The position numbers and the translations under genes were made by a program. Of a stretch of DNA of 64,000 nt, positions 32,800-46,135 are shown in pieces. The stretch is from Octopus vulgaris (taxonomy: Eukaryota), in NCBI GenBank assembly GCA_951406725.2, contig OX597838.1, positions 8,246,001 through 8,310,000 of the forward strand, read 5' to 3'. The notes beneath the pieces were generated by a model, which saw only the letters and a program-made list of their open reading frames with translations, made no database searches and had not been told where the DNA came from. The stretch's first letter is position 1; each line of letters opens with the position of its first letter.

Positions 32800-33221
32800 T
32801 CTTTCTGTTATAGGTACATGGCCTGGATTTTTGTGGGGCGTGGGACAATTGAGCACATCGATCCCAGTACTTGACAGGTACTTATTTTATCAACCCCCAA
32901 TGGATGAAAGGCAAAGTCGACCTCGGTGGAATTTGAACTCAGAACGTAACGACTGGCGAAATACGGCTAAGCATTTCGTCCACCGTACTAACGATTCTGC
33001 CAGCTTTCTTGCCCACAGGGATCTAAACATAGAGGGGACAAACAAGGACAGTCAAAGGGTTTAATTCGACTTTATCGACCCCAGTGCGTAACTGGTACTT
33101 ATTTAATCGACGCCGATAGGATGAAAGGCCAAATCGACATCGGCGGAATTTGAACTCAGAACGTAAAGATAGACGAAATACCGCTAAGCATTTCGCCCGG
33201 CGTGCTAACGATTCTGCCAGC
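32800..33221 (-). mobile_element. Head-to-tail SINE B dimer (B1-tail copy then B2-tail copy)
   Basis: Two consecutive reverse-complement B copies, junction near 33003-33010. Confidence 0.85.
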
Positions 33222-33346
33222 AATGATGATGATGATGATGATGATGAAGATAATTTTAGCATATTGCCAGCAAGTCGAAGGCGGGGTAAGTCGAAAACAT
33301 CGATCCGCAGTCCTCCGCTGGTACTTATTCCATCGACCCTGACAGG

Positions 33347-35470
33347 ATAATAATCACGATGGCCACTCCCATCGATTTTGGCACACAAGTGTTTGAAGGA
33401 ACGGATTTAAAAAAGTAGGAAGTTGTGTTTATTGAGTCCAAGTATGGATTTTGCTATGATTTTACAATGGCGACCGTGACGACCTTGATTTTGTCTGGTA
33501 TTGGACAGATGCGTCCGCTGATTGCCGGATAAAGTTTCTTTTATTCTCCTGTTTTATTCCAATCTAAGGGGAATAAGTTTCCCAAAATGTTACATTAAGC
33601 TGTTAGCGATCTTAGTGATTGTTTCAATTTATTCTCACCCCTTAGTAGGGATCTTCCTTTACCACGGAGCCCCTCTACTTGTTGGCCATACAAAACAATC
33701 ATCGGAATGCAATCTTTTCGCATTCAAACAACATATCCAGCCCGTCTACACTGAACTTTCGACTGTATGCTTTCAATACTGGAGATCTATCTCATTTATT
33801 AAAATGTTGGCATCGGATATCTTATCTTGCCATTTTATGTTGCAGATATTGCGCAGACACCACATGTGAACGATTCCAAGTGCCTTTAAATGTATTTAGT
33901 AGGAACTCCATGCTTCTGTTCCATACAAAAGTATATTCAAACTACAAAATTTGTCTGAAAACTACTATTTCCAAATCTCACAACGAGAGATATTCACCGA
34001 CAGTACATTGGAGTAAAGATTTTGGCCAACATAACATGGCAGTCCTGGTATAGGACGAATGTTGCTGTAATTTAGCCCGAGGAGACATCGTCTCCAGCTG
34101 GCTATAAGACACGATCTGTGTTCTTATATTTTTGAACAAGGGAATCTAGCATCCCCACTCAGCTCAAAAAAATATCTGCGTATCGCGATTTTCTGGTTAT
34201 TCTGTACTGATGAAGGGAAATAACCCTGTTTCCCCTTCATATTCTAAAGTTTGGATTTTAGATGTGCTTCAAAATTTTGTATCATTTCGGGTTTTTTTGC
34301 TTGTTTTTTTTTTTAATGCAGACACATTTATTCCCGAAGGAATATTGGATCTTAGTCGTTTCTTGATATATGGTTTAAAAACAAAAAAAAAAGCTTTCTT
34401 GCGAACTTTTCTCTATTCCGAGGAACACTCGCAAGTTTGTGAGCTCTGATTAAACCTCAATGCAATCCTTGCTCTTTACTTATGACAGTCAGCCTGTGCC
34501 AATTCCCATATCGAGGATGCTTCCGGATGTTTTTATATCTATCTGCATGCTGAAACTCTGCGTTTGCAATTGTTAAATGAAATTGTTGGCAAAAAGACAA
34601 CAGTCGTAAACCATTTCCATCCGTTTTTCCTTTTCCAAGCTTTCCTGTTACTTTTGTCAACACACTGTATGCTTCTTACTTATTCTGGCATTAAGATCCA
34701 CCATTAATACGATTTTGTTATGATACCGAGTTTTACTGATAACTATTTGCAATTTAAAGTAGACAATGTTATATTCTTGCCCAGACGTTGACAAAGTAGG
34801 TACATATGCACTGAAAATGTGCACAAATGAAGAATTACCTATGGGTAGGCGAAAGGTCACGAGAAGCTCATCAGCAACTTCAGGTGACGGATGGCAGCTT
34901 ACGAAGTAAAGTCGATTTAATGGCAAATCCAACACCAGGAATTCTTGGTTCCCCTGCCAGCTTTCCACTCCAAGAAAACAAATGTGTAATCACTCCAAAC
35001 TTCTAATTCACCAGGATCAGCAAGCTTGGTTCCTCTTAGAGTAACAATATCAATATTGTATGAGCCGATTACCTGCAATTAATGCTGCTTTTCCTTCTAG
35101 ACTGTCTTTGTAGTTTCGCAAAGTTCTTACATTCCAACAACCAAAGATAATGTTTCTCTTCTTTTCTTTCTATCTTTAATCTCGATTGCAATAAACTGGA
35201 TGGCCAGACATTTGCAGTTTATAGCAATCTTTTTGAAGACAGGAATTTTTCCTTTTTTTTTTAGTGTTCTTTTTCTCCGAAATCAGAGAAGCAGTGTTAC
35301 ATAGGACTGCTTGCCTAATTAAAGGAGAAGACGAATGAAGCAGGTGCTTTTGGATTCTACAGGGACACGGGCCTCATCCTCTTTGCTTTATGCATGTCCA
35401 ACTCTGGCTAGATCCACAATGACTTTCTTTTAAGGGGCACGGTCTTGTGTTACCCGTCATACTCTCTCGA
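33347..35470 (-). mobile_element. Decayed RTE-clade LINE: APE endonuclease and C-terminal region present, RT core missing
   Basis: Minus-strand remnants GCWNVRTL, SAYVPT, DLNAR, NGLRLLSFC, KHPR..WH (34450-35150); CLRNICNIKWQDKI, RAGYVV*M...LYG...GR and KSILGLNKH (33430-33890); many stops and frameshifts. Confidence 0.85.
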
Positions 35471-35509
35471 TCAAAAACCTTAGATTACTGTGCATATTAA
35501 GGCCCCATC

Positions 35510-35576
35510 AAAGAAGAAGAAGAAGAAGAAGAAGAAGAAGAAGAAGAAGAAGAAAAAGAAGAAGAAGAAGAAGAAA

Positions 35577-35608
<32 letters not shown>

Positions 35609-35713
35609 GAAGAAGAAGAAAAAGAAGAAGAAGAAGAAGAAGAAGAAGAAAAAGAAGGAGGAGAAGAAGAAGAAGAAGAAGAAGAAGAAGAAGAAGAAAA
35701 AGAAGGAGGAGGA

Positions 35714-35748
<35 letters not shown>

Positions 35749-35802
35749 AGAAGGAGGAGGAGAAGAAGGAGGAGAAGAAGAAGAAGAAGAAGAAGAAGAA
35801 GA

Positions 35803-35834
<32 letters not shown>

Positions 35835-36079
35835 GAAGAAGAAGAAGAAGAAGAAGAAGGAGGAGGAGGAGGAGAAGAAGAAGAAGAAGAAGAAGAAGAA
35901 GAAGAAGGAGGAGAAGGAGGAAGAGGAAGAGAAGAAGAAGAAGAAGAAGAAGGAGGAGGAGGAGGAGGAGGAGGAGGAGGAGAAGAAGAAGAAGGAGAAG
36001 AAGAAGAAGGAGAAGAAGAAGAAGAAGAAGAAGAAGAAGAAGAAGAAGAAGAAGAAGAAGAAGAAGAAGAAGAAGAAGA
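35510..36079. repeat. (GAA/GGA)n polypurine tract, about 570 bp
   Basis: Direct reading. Confidence 0.95.
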
Positions 36080-36610
36080 ATACAGTACCAGGCAGTGGAT
36101 CTCATGACTTTTGATCTTAACTGATTGGAAGTGTTATCATGAACATTGCTTTGTTTTGATACAAAAGATGGGCTACAGCAAATATTCTGCTCGATAGATT
36201 TGCTTGTCAGTTGCTTGACCTTAAGCAATTGAGCATGTCCCTTGGTGACAGACGATATGTGCATCCCCGATCACAAGCAGGAGCAGTTGAGGAGCATCAT
36301 AGCCATGTGTTGAGAGGAATTCTTTGGGATTTGGATAATTCACCTCTTCAAAACTGAGTGCTTTGTTCATTATCCTTAAACAAACCTTATTCAGAGACCT
36401 TTTCAGCGGGATGGGTTACTCAATCTGAAGAAAATTCTAACTGGGCCCCCACCAGCAAGTTCGTGAGCTGTTTATCTTATAATATCACCATATTGTTGTG
36501 ATGCATGTGTCTGGTGTACCCTTATAAGAGGGGTAGTGATGATCGGTACACTGGACTTCGTATATTTGTACTCCAGAGTTACTTTGATGGCATGCGCTGC
36601 TCTTTCACTC
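36080..36610 (+). mobile_element. Probable 3' portion of a non-LTR retroelement ending in (AAT)n (possibly R4/Dong-like)
   Basis: Complex 530-bp island running directly into (AAT)n at ctttcactc|aatgataataat; no ORF; family assignment is inference only. Confidence 0.35.
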
Positions 36611-36652
36611 AATGATAATAATAACAACAACAACAACAATAATAATAATAAT

Positions 36653-36723
<71 letters not shown>

Positions 36724-36854
36724 TAATAATAATAATAATAACAATAATAATAATAATAATAACAATAATAATAATAATAATAACAACAATAATAATAACA
36801 ATAAAAATAAAAATAATAATAACAATAATAATAACAATAATAATAACAATAATG

Positions 36855-36903
<49 letters not shown>

Positions 36904-37036
36904 TAATAATAACAATAATAATAATAATAATAATAATAACAACAACAACAACAACAATAATAATAATAATAATAATAACAATAATAATAATAATAACAAT
37001 AATAATAACAATAATAATAATAATAACAACAACAAC

Positions 37037-37074
<38 letters not shown>

Positions 37075-37109
37075 TAATAATAATAATAATAATAACAATA
37101 ATAATAATA
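36611..37109. repeat. (AAT/AAC)n tract, about 500 bp
   Basis: Direct reading. Confidence 0.95.
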
Positions 37110-37393
37110 GTCTCACCACATAGTCATTCCTGTGTCTAGGCTTATATATTAATTTAATATGGCTGGTAATTGTTACACATTGTTCTGTTCTCAATATGTC
37201 AGGGATCCTAAGTCTCGGTCAGTTGGTGCTAGAAATAGAAAGAAGAAGAAAAAAACGGTGAATTTCAACCAATTGCTGTTCTTTGGACGACGGTTTGACT
37301 GTGTGGTAAGAAATTTGATTGGGAAGCAAGTGTCCTCTGTTATAACTTCAAGAAGACCAAAGCTTTGTCTGTGGACTTGGCAGACGAAAACTG

Positions 37394-37440
<47 letters not shown>

Positions 37441-37526
37441 TTCCCTACCGCCTGGCATCTGGTACTGGTTTGTTTACGTCCCCATTACAGCGTGTCAGTA
37501 AAAAAGACGGTAGAATGAGTATATAC

Positions 37527-37596
<70 letters not shown>

Positions 37597-37686
37597 CAAC
37601 AATTGAGGGTAAAATTAATTAATTAATCAATTTCACCAAGTATTCAGTATGCAAAGGGACCATTTAAGGCGAATTCAAATTATTAC

Positions 37687-37886
37687 ATTATATAAAAGGG
37701 CTTAGTAAAATAAATTACTTTGCCGCATACTGAACTCATTAGAAATAGCAGCTAAAAAAAACTTTTTTAAAACTATTTCCAATACTTAAAGTGGAAATAG
37801 TTTTAAAAAAGTTTTTTTTAGCTGCTATTTCTAATGAGTTCAGTATGCGGCAAAGTAATTTATTTTACTAAGCCCTTTTATATAAT
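37687..37886. repeat. Perfect 95-bp inverted repeat with 10-nt spacer
   Basis: 37687-37781 is the exact reverse complement of 37792-37886. Confidence 0.95.
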
Positions 37887-38005
37887 ATATATATATATAT
37901 ATATATTAGAAGAAATGAGGTAATCAGAAATTCGGATGTTTTTATATTTACAGATATTTATTTGTATATTACATGTTTTTATATATCATATATCATATAT
38001 CATAT

Positions 38006-38043
38006 ATTAGCGCTTTCGTCCATTCTAGTGGAGTTTTCAAATT
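38006..38043 (-). ncRNA. Minimal hammerhead-like motif with U3-A8 core
   Basis: Minus strand aat-TTGAAAA-ctccactagaatggac-GAAA-gcgc-TA-at; palindromic stem III agcgct. Confidence 0.55.
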
Positions 38044-38990
38044 GAATATATATATATATATGAACACGCAAACATATTCATTCTATATATGTGCGAGTGT
38101 TTTTGTCCTTTAAAATGCTTTGCAACCGGTATTGGCTTGTTCACGTCCCTATAAATTAGCGATTCGGCAATAAAAGACGGATAGAATAAAGTGTCAGATT
38201 TAAAAATAGGTACTGCGGACGATTTGGTTCAAATGAATTCCAAAACCTGAAACAAAAAGACATGTAGTTCTCGTTCGGATTTCACATGATTACGATTCGT
38301 GTTGCATGTGTTCTTTTAGTCTTCAGGTTCCCAGAAGTTATTTTGGTAAAATATTTCTTTTTAATCTTCTTTTAATTATAGTTTTATCTCCCTTCTTCGA
38401 TTGTGCTGTAGTCCAATGCTCAACCCAGAAATGAAGAAACGTCTTATGTCATTGAGCACCACTTTTCTGCGAGCCGTTGATAAATTAGCGACCCGAATCA
38501 TATAAAGTTCTTTAGCAAAAATTGAAATGCATAAATTAAAAAATTGAAATGCATAAATTAAAAAAATTGAAATGCATAATTAACAAAAACATTCTTGATT
38601 TAAAAACAATATTTTTTTCTTTTTTTTTTTTGCTTTGATTTGTTTTGTTTGTGTCATTACCGATTCTTAAAAAGAAATATTTAAAGAAATTTAATGAAAA
38701 TACTTGAAATTAATAAAAAAAAAAAGTAAAAATTCAGTCATATTTTATTGATATTGTCGGAACTTTTAATATAAAATACACATTTGATGAATACAAGTTA
38801 ATATAACATCGAAATTAATGAGTTTTAGCTTTAAATTAGCCTTGCTCTTCCAGATTCAGCTTGCTCAAAAACATTCCAGATGTTTATCAAACCCTTAGAT
38901 GGCCACATAAACACCCACGGGGTCAATATTGACGGTTTTATTGAACCCTGGTCAAAATTGACACTGGGGTTACAATTATCTTAAATGGTC

Positions 38991-39328
38991 CGGTATTTCG
39001 TCTGCCGTTACGTTCTGAGTTCAAATTCCGCCGAGTTCGACTTTGCCTTTCATCCATTCGGGGTCGATCAAATACGTACCAGTTACGCATCGGGGTCGAT
39101 GTAATTGACCTAATCCCGTTACTCTTTTACTTGTTTCAGTCATGTGACTGTGGCCATGCTGGAGCACCGCCTTTAGTCGAGGAAATCGACCCCAGGACTT
39201 ATTCTTTGTAAGCCCAGTACTTATTCTATCGGTCTGTTTTACCGAACCGCTAAGTTACGGGGACGTAAACACACCAGCATCGGTTGTCAGGCGATGTTGG
39301 GGGGACAAACACAGACACACAAACATAT

Positions 39329-39419
<91 letters not shown>

Positions 39420-39616
39420 TACGACGGGCTTCTTTCGGTTTCCGTCTACCAAATCCACTCACAAGGCTTTGGTCGGCCCAAGGTGACACGCAGTGGGACT
39501 GAATCCAGAACCATGTGGCTGGTAAGCAAGCTACTTACCACACAGCCACTCCTACGCCTTTGTCTGTCCTTGTTTGTCCCCTTTATGTTTAGCCTTTTAT
39601 GGGCAATAAAAAAATA
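38991..39616 (+). mobile_element. SINE B (B1 tail) interrupted by a SINE A insertion
   Basis: B sequence stops at 39120 (taatcccgtt) and resumes at 39560 (ttgtctgtcc). Confidence 0.9.
39121..39559 (-). mobile_element. Near full-length SINE family A nested in SINE B
   Basis: Head to tail present on the minus strand, with a short deletion over the CORE-like segment. Confidence 0.9.
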
Positions 39617-39819
39617 ATTATCTTAAATAATTACAAGATTCCAGAAATGCAAGGAAAGTGGAGTTCTCTGGGGATGAGGATGAATATATTTTTACCCAGC
39701 GACTAGGGTTCAATAGAAAGTGCGAAGCCAATGATACGATATTTAAAGGGGTCACTGACAAAGACGAGTGGGAATGCTGGACTTTCAGTAACTTGTAAAC
39801 CTATACAATATATACAGAG

Positions 39820-39970
39820 ACGTGGCTGAGTGGTAAGAAGCTTGCTTTCCACCCATATGGTTCCGGGTTCAGTCCCACTGCATGGCACCTTGGGCAAGTG
39901 TCTTCTACTATAGTCTCCCAGCAACCGAAGCCTTGTGAGTGGATTTCAGAAACGGAAAGAAGCTTGTTGT
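39820..39970 (+). mobile_element. SINE family A 5' half
   Basis: gtggctgagtggtaagaagcttgc...ggttcagtccc...ccttgggcaagtgtctt. Confidence 0.85.
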
Positions 39971-39982
39971 GTATGTGTGTAC

Positions 39983-40070
<88 letters not shown>

Positions 40071-40135
40071 TTGTGTGTGTGTGTAGGTTTGAATCAATTC
40101 TAACAAACTTTTGCATATGTAATATCAATCTGCTT

Positions 40136-40349
40136 AAGGCGGCAAGATAGCAGAAACGTTAGCACGCCGGACTGAATGCTTAGCGGTATTTCGCCAGTCT
40201 TCAAGTTCCGAGTTCAAATTTCGCCGAGGTCGACATTGCCTTTCATCCTTTCGGGGTCGTTGAAATAAATGCCAGTTGTGTACTGGGTTTGATCTAATCG
40301 ACTGGCCCCCTCCCTCAAAATTTCGGGCCTTGTGCCCAGAGTAGAAAAG
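40136..40349 (+). mobile_element. Full-length SINE B (B2 tail) with 15-bp TSD
   Basis: aatatcaatctgctt at 40121-40135 and 40350-40364. Confidence 0.92.
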
Positions 40350-40607
40350 AATATCAATCTGCTTCAACACAGACACATGTATGTATATATATATAACTGT
40401 TTACTATGAGAGACGATGTTGAGATATAATATATACATACACACTTGACATACATACCTTGATATATGTGTAAGTGTATCGAGGTAAATGCATATTTATG
40501 TGCATGGCTATTCTTCACATTCTTGCGCTTTCATATGCATTTTAAAATTCATTCGAGATGCACATACACAAATACAAATACACACACACATACACACACA
40601 CACACGC

Positions 40608-40653
<46 letters not shown>

Positions 40654-40726
40654 TTACACATATATGCCGATACATTTGTATATATATATATATAGATAGA
40701 TATATATATATATATATATATATAAC

Positions 40727-40795
<69 letters not shown>

Positions 40796-41926
40796 AAAGT
40801 GCGCGCACACATACATGCAGACATGTACTTAGATAAACACACTCACAAATACAGAGGCACCTATGTATATACTCCACAAATTGTATGATTGTATGTACAA
40901 ACAATAACCATTATAACACACACACACACACACACAGCACATTCTGCACATGCGCAGAACAGCCAATCTTTGTCACAATTATGCGGATATGAAGTTTTTG
41001 CCTTTCTCTACAGAAACCGAAATATCTCCTAATGAAATACATAAAGAAATCTGGATTATTTTGGCTTCAGTTTCAGAATACAATTCCTGTTTGTCTTAAG
41101 GAAGAGCTCTTCAAGTTGGTTTTGGATTTGTTTCAAACAATTTTTCATTAAACGAATCTTTATTCTGCACTCATCTACGTCAGAAGCGGAACGGGGTCCA
41201 CCTTCCCTGCTTCTTGATAAGTACACGCTGCCTACAATGGCCAGACGGGATTTTAATAGCTTCTGATTCATTGCGAGGTTACTTTCGCTTTCGTTTCCAA
41301 ATTGACTTTAGTGTTTTTGGAGGGAATATAAAGGGAAAAAAAACAAACATAAAACAATTAATATATATGTGTGTGTGTGTGCATATGAATATATGTATAT
41401 GTGTATATGCATGTATATATCTGCATATATGCATATAGGTGTGTGTGTGTGTATCTATGTGTGTGCATATATATATATATGCATATATATATATATATAT
41501 GCATGTATGTGTGTATATGCACATATATATATAAATACACACATAAAAGCATTAAACAGGTGTAAAAAAGTTATGTAGATTATTCTTAGTTAGACACACA
41601 CACACACACACACACATACATACGCACACATACGTGTTCATTGTGTTTGCAACGCGCGTATATTATATATCAGTATATATATGAGAATATAAATATATAC
41701 ATAGCGTATACATACCTATCTATATATGCATATTTAGCATACGTATATGCATGTCTATATATATATGTCTGTGTGTGAGAATATTAATATGCATATTTGT
41801 GTATATATCTATATTATATATATATATATATATATATTTATACATACAAATCTATAGATGTATATATACACACAGATATAAAACAAGTATATACATACAC
41901 AAATATTTTCTCTCTCCTTCTCTTCC

Positions 41927-41968
<42 letters not shown>

Positions 41969-42216
41969 ATATATATATATATATATATATGAAAACCATT
42001 ATGCGTGTGAGAGGGAGCTATAGGTACAGTCATACGAAGTGTAAGTAATTAGCAAGTGTATATGCACATACATATACATATACATGTGTGCACGTGCTTC
42101 CGTATGTAGAATATGCGGGTATAATTCTCGACACACACATATATACATACGTGTCCAGAGGTGTGTATGAATAATTACATAAATGCAATTATATTAAACA
42201 TGTTTCTAAATAAACA

Positions 42217-42250
<34 letters not shown>

Positions 42251-42292
42251 ATGTAGATATATATATATATCTACATACGCACCTAAGAATAT

Positions 42293-42332
<40 letters not shown>

Positions 42333-42364
42333 CAATTATATAATTGTATAATCACATAAGCATC

Positions 42365-42445
<81 letters not shown>

Positions 42446-42938
42446 TCCTAGTTTTCCACGACATACGTACAGACACACACATGTCTATATGTGTGTGTAT
42501 GTAGCTATATACAAGTATATGCCTATATGTAAATATGTATTATATATATATATATTTATATATACACACACACATATATATACGTCCAAATATGACACAT
42601 TATATTGCAATAGTTTCTATATGTATACACACATATGTATGTACGTATATATCTGAATATATATATATATATATAAATGTCATTATATATATACATGAGC
42701 ATATATATATATGGCAATAATGTGCGCGTGTGGTGTAGATTATCGAAAATCTTGTCTTTCCGATTATTGATATTCGCGATAAAACCGAAGATGTCAAGGA
42801 ACAGAAATAATTTAAGCTTCCGCTAATTGAGCCTATTAGAGAAAGGGAATGGAGGGTCGGTCGTTATTATAATGACGTCATACAATATTCAAACCCTTTT
42901 TAAACACACATACACACATACATACATACATACATACA

Positions 42939-42970
<32 letters not shown>

Positions 42971-43209
42971 AACATACATACATACGTACGTACAAATATA
43001 CTATATATATGTATGTATATATGTATATACGTGTGTGTGTGTGTGAATGAAATTCGTGAATGTCATAACACGTATATGTAATTACTATCACCCAATTAAT
43101 TATGGATAATGACATAAAATTGTTATATTTATTTTAATGTATGCGCAAGAAAGCGGTAACTTATTCACTTCATATTCTCACACACATACGCTCACGCACG
43201 CACGCGCGC

Positions 43210-43294
<85 letters not shown>

Positions 43295-43388
43295 CGTGAG
43301 TTATATTAAACACAAAAGTGTGAAAAATAAGGAAGGAAATGAAAAGGGTTCGATTTATATTATTTAAACATTATCATATGTATATATC

Positions 43389-43423
<35 letters not shown>

Positions 43424-43444
43424 ATCTATCTATCTATCTATCTA

Positions 43445-43488
<44 letters not shown>

Positions 43489-43553
43489 CACTCAATATAT
43501 TCACATTTATACATTTACGTATTTATATATATATATGTACATGTGTATGTATG

Positions 43554-43621
<68 letters not shown>

Positions 43622-43832
43622 CATATTTATAGTCATATATATTTGTATGTACATATACATGTATATAATAATGAAAAATAAAGATTGATACATAGACTAA
43701 TAGAGACATATACACTTCTGTATGTATATATAAAACATATGTATGTGCTTATTCATTAGTTATATATATCAGTATATATGTGTGAAATGTATATGGGTAC
43801 GCCTGAGAATATATATATATATATATCTACAT

Positions 43833-43866
<34 letters not shown>

Positions 43867-43965
43867 TGATAGAAATAGCAAGAAAACAAAAGAATGAAAG
43901 ATACCTCCATATTATGTAAATAGAGGTATGTATCTATAAATATATATATGACATTCGGTAGCCAT

Positions 43966-44026
43966 GATAAAACTCCGAGTTTCGGATTTCGGGGCGGAAA
44001 CTCACGCCGGCATCTCTTCAGTTATC
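43966..44026 (-). ncRNA. Type-I hammerhead ribozyme motif, intact core
   Basis: Minus strand gataa-CTGAAGA-gatgccggcgtgagtttccgccccgaaatcc-GAAA-ctc-g-gag-TT-ttatc; 5-bp stem I, GUU site. Confidence 0.7.
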
Positions 44027-44305
44027 GCGCCATCATCATATATATATATATATCTTATTTAATTTGCTTTGCAGGAGCACCTGTTTTATCGAAAGCGTAT
44101 CTTGTTAAATACTCGAAATACCAGAGTAGAAAGACAGCCAACAACTGATGAAGGGTCGTGTTTTTGTGTTGTTTGTCTTGTTTTCCTTTTGTGCCTTTCG
44201 TTGTTCCAAAAAATAGTTTCATATTCCATCTACTCGTACTTTGTATTTTCTGTTGTACACGCTTCGTGACGTCCTGTGCTCAGATATGCATATATATATA
44301 TATAC

Positions 44306-44385
<80 letters not shown>

Positions 44386-44466
44386 GTATAGATACATGTA
44401 CATATACGTATGTATTTATATATATATATACATACATATATGTATATATATATATATATACAGACA

Positions 44467-44508
<42 letters not shown>

Positions 44509-44691
44509 GAGACTGCGGTATCAACATCGAAAGGTAATATTTCTCGCCAATTAAAAGTGGTTGTATTCTGTTTTCAAACTCAACATCCTCTTCTAAATGG
44601 GGATAAATTCATTCTGAACCCCGTTCCCCCATCTTCTATCATTTCAGCACTAACCAGCGAACCTTTCTTAAGATAACACTATGCGTGCGCG

Positions 44692-44724
<33 letters not shown>

Positions 44725-45222
44725 GATTGTCGTTCGCTGAAGACCACCCTGGGGCATTCGGTTCATGACCGTCTATTGATACTTAATACCTTGTTAGATT
44801 TCATCAATTGCCCCTACAAACTTCCTAGATACCCACTAACACTAATTCTCCTTCAAATATTTCTAGGGCTCTTATTATTACCCTAATGTTGATTCGCAAG
44901 GATCTTTGTGTTTGGTTTTTAGCTCCAGGCGAAGTTGAATGAGTTTTGTTCTGTTTTCGTTTTCGCTTTTCCGTGTTTTTTTTTTCATTCTCTTCGTGAA
45001 GCTTCAATTTCTTTTGCAAATTTAAACAAGAATTATTCTTCGCCTGGCATTCAGGTACCGTTGGCCAATGGTGAAGATGTTGATCTTTAACATATATTTT
45101 ATGTAAGGAAAAACGTAAAGAAGCATGAAACAATTCAACGTAACGTAGCGAGAATATATATTCATACATATATATATATATTTATGTGTGTGTGTGTGTG
45201 TGTGTGTATGTATATGTATATA

Positions 45223-45314
<92 letters not shown>

Positions 45315-45427
45315 ATTTATATATAAAGTTAATCCAAACATGAAAACACAAAGAGAAAACAACAACGCGAGGACATGGAACAAATATAGTATTATTGGAC
45401 GCTCAGGAAGGAAGGGAAGAAGGAGGA

Positions 45428-45460
45428 TCTAACGTTTCGAGCGGAGCTTTTCGTCAGAAA
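45428..45460 (-). ncRNA. Minimal hammerhead motif in Penelope pLTR-like island (about 45325-45525)
   Basis: Minus strand ttt-CTGACGA-aaagctccgctc-GAAACGTT-aga; palindromic aacgtt. Confidence 0.65.
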
Positions 45461-45787
45461 CATAGGAAAAGGAAAGATCCAGATGAGGGAAGACGGAGAG
45501 GAAAAAATCGCCAACGGTACACACGATGTATATATACAGCAATAAGAAAATGGAGGGGATTAAGAGGTGGTATTCTTCAACGTTTAAACATTATATCATG
45601 TCCATTTATTTATGTAAAAGAAAACAATTATAACAATATACATACATGTATAACATATTATGCTTTACATATATAAAAATACCAGTAATTATTGAAATAT
45701 ATAACGTAGAAGATAGAAAGTACAATATATTTACATATATATGTATGTATATATATATATAAGTATATATATATATGTATATATGTG

Positions 45788-46135
<348 letters not shown>

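Noticed and set aside
34205-34240. CTGATGA followed by a hairpin as a hammerhead
   Set aside because: No GAAA or stem III follows
38518-38582. Three roughly 22-bp direct repeats as a CRISPR-like array
   Set aside because: No spacers; a simple tandem duplication in eukaryotic DNA
44110-44160. GAAA...CTGATGAaggg as a permuted hammerhead
   Set aside because: Stems I and III and the NUH site cannot be formed
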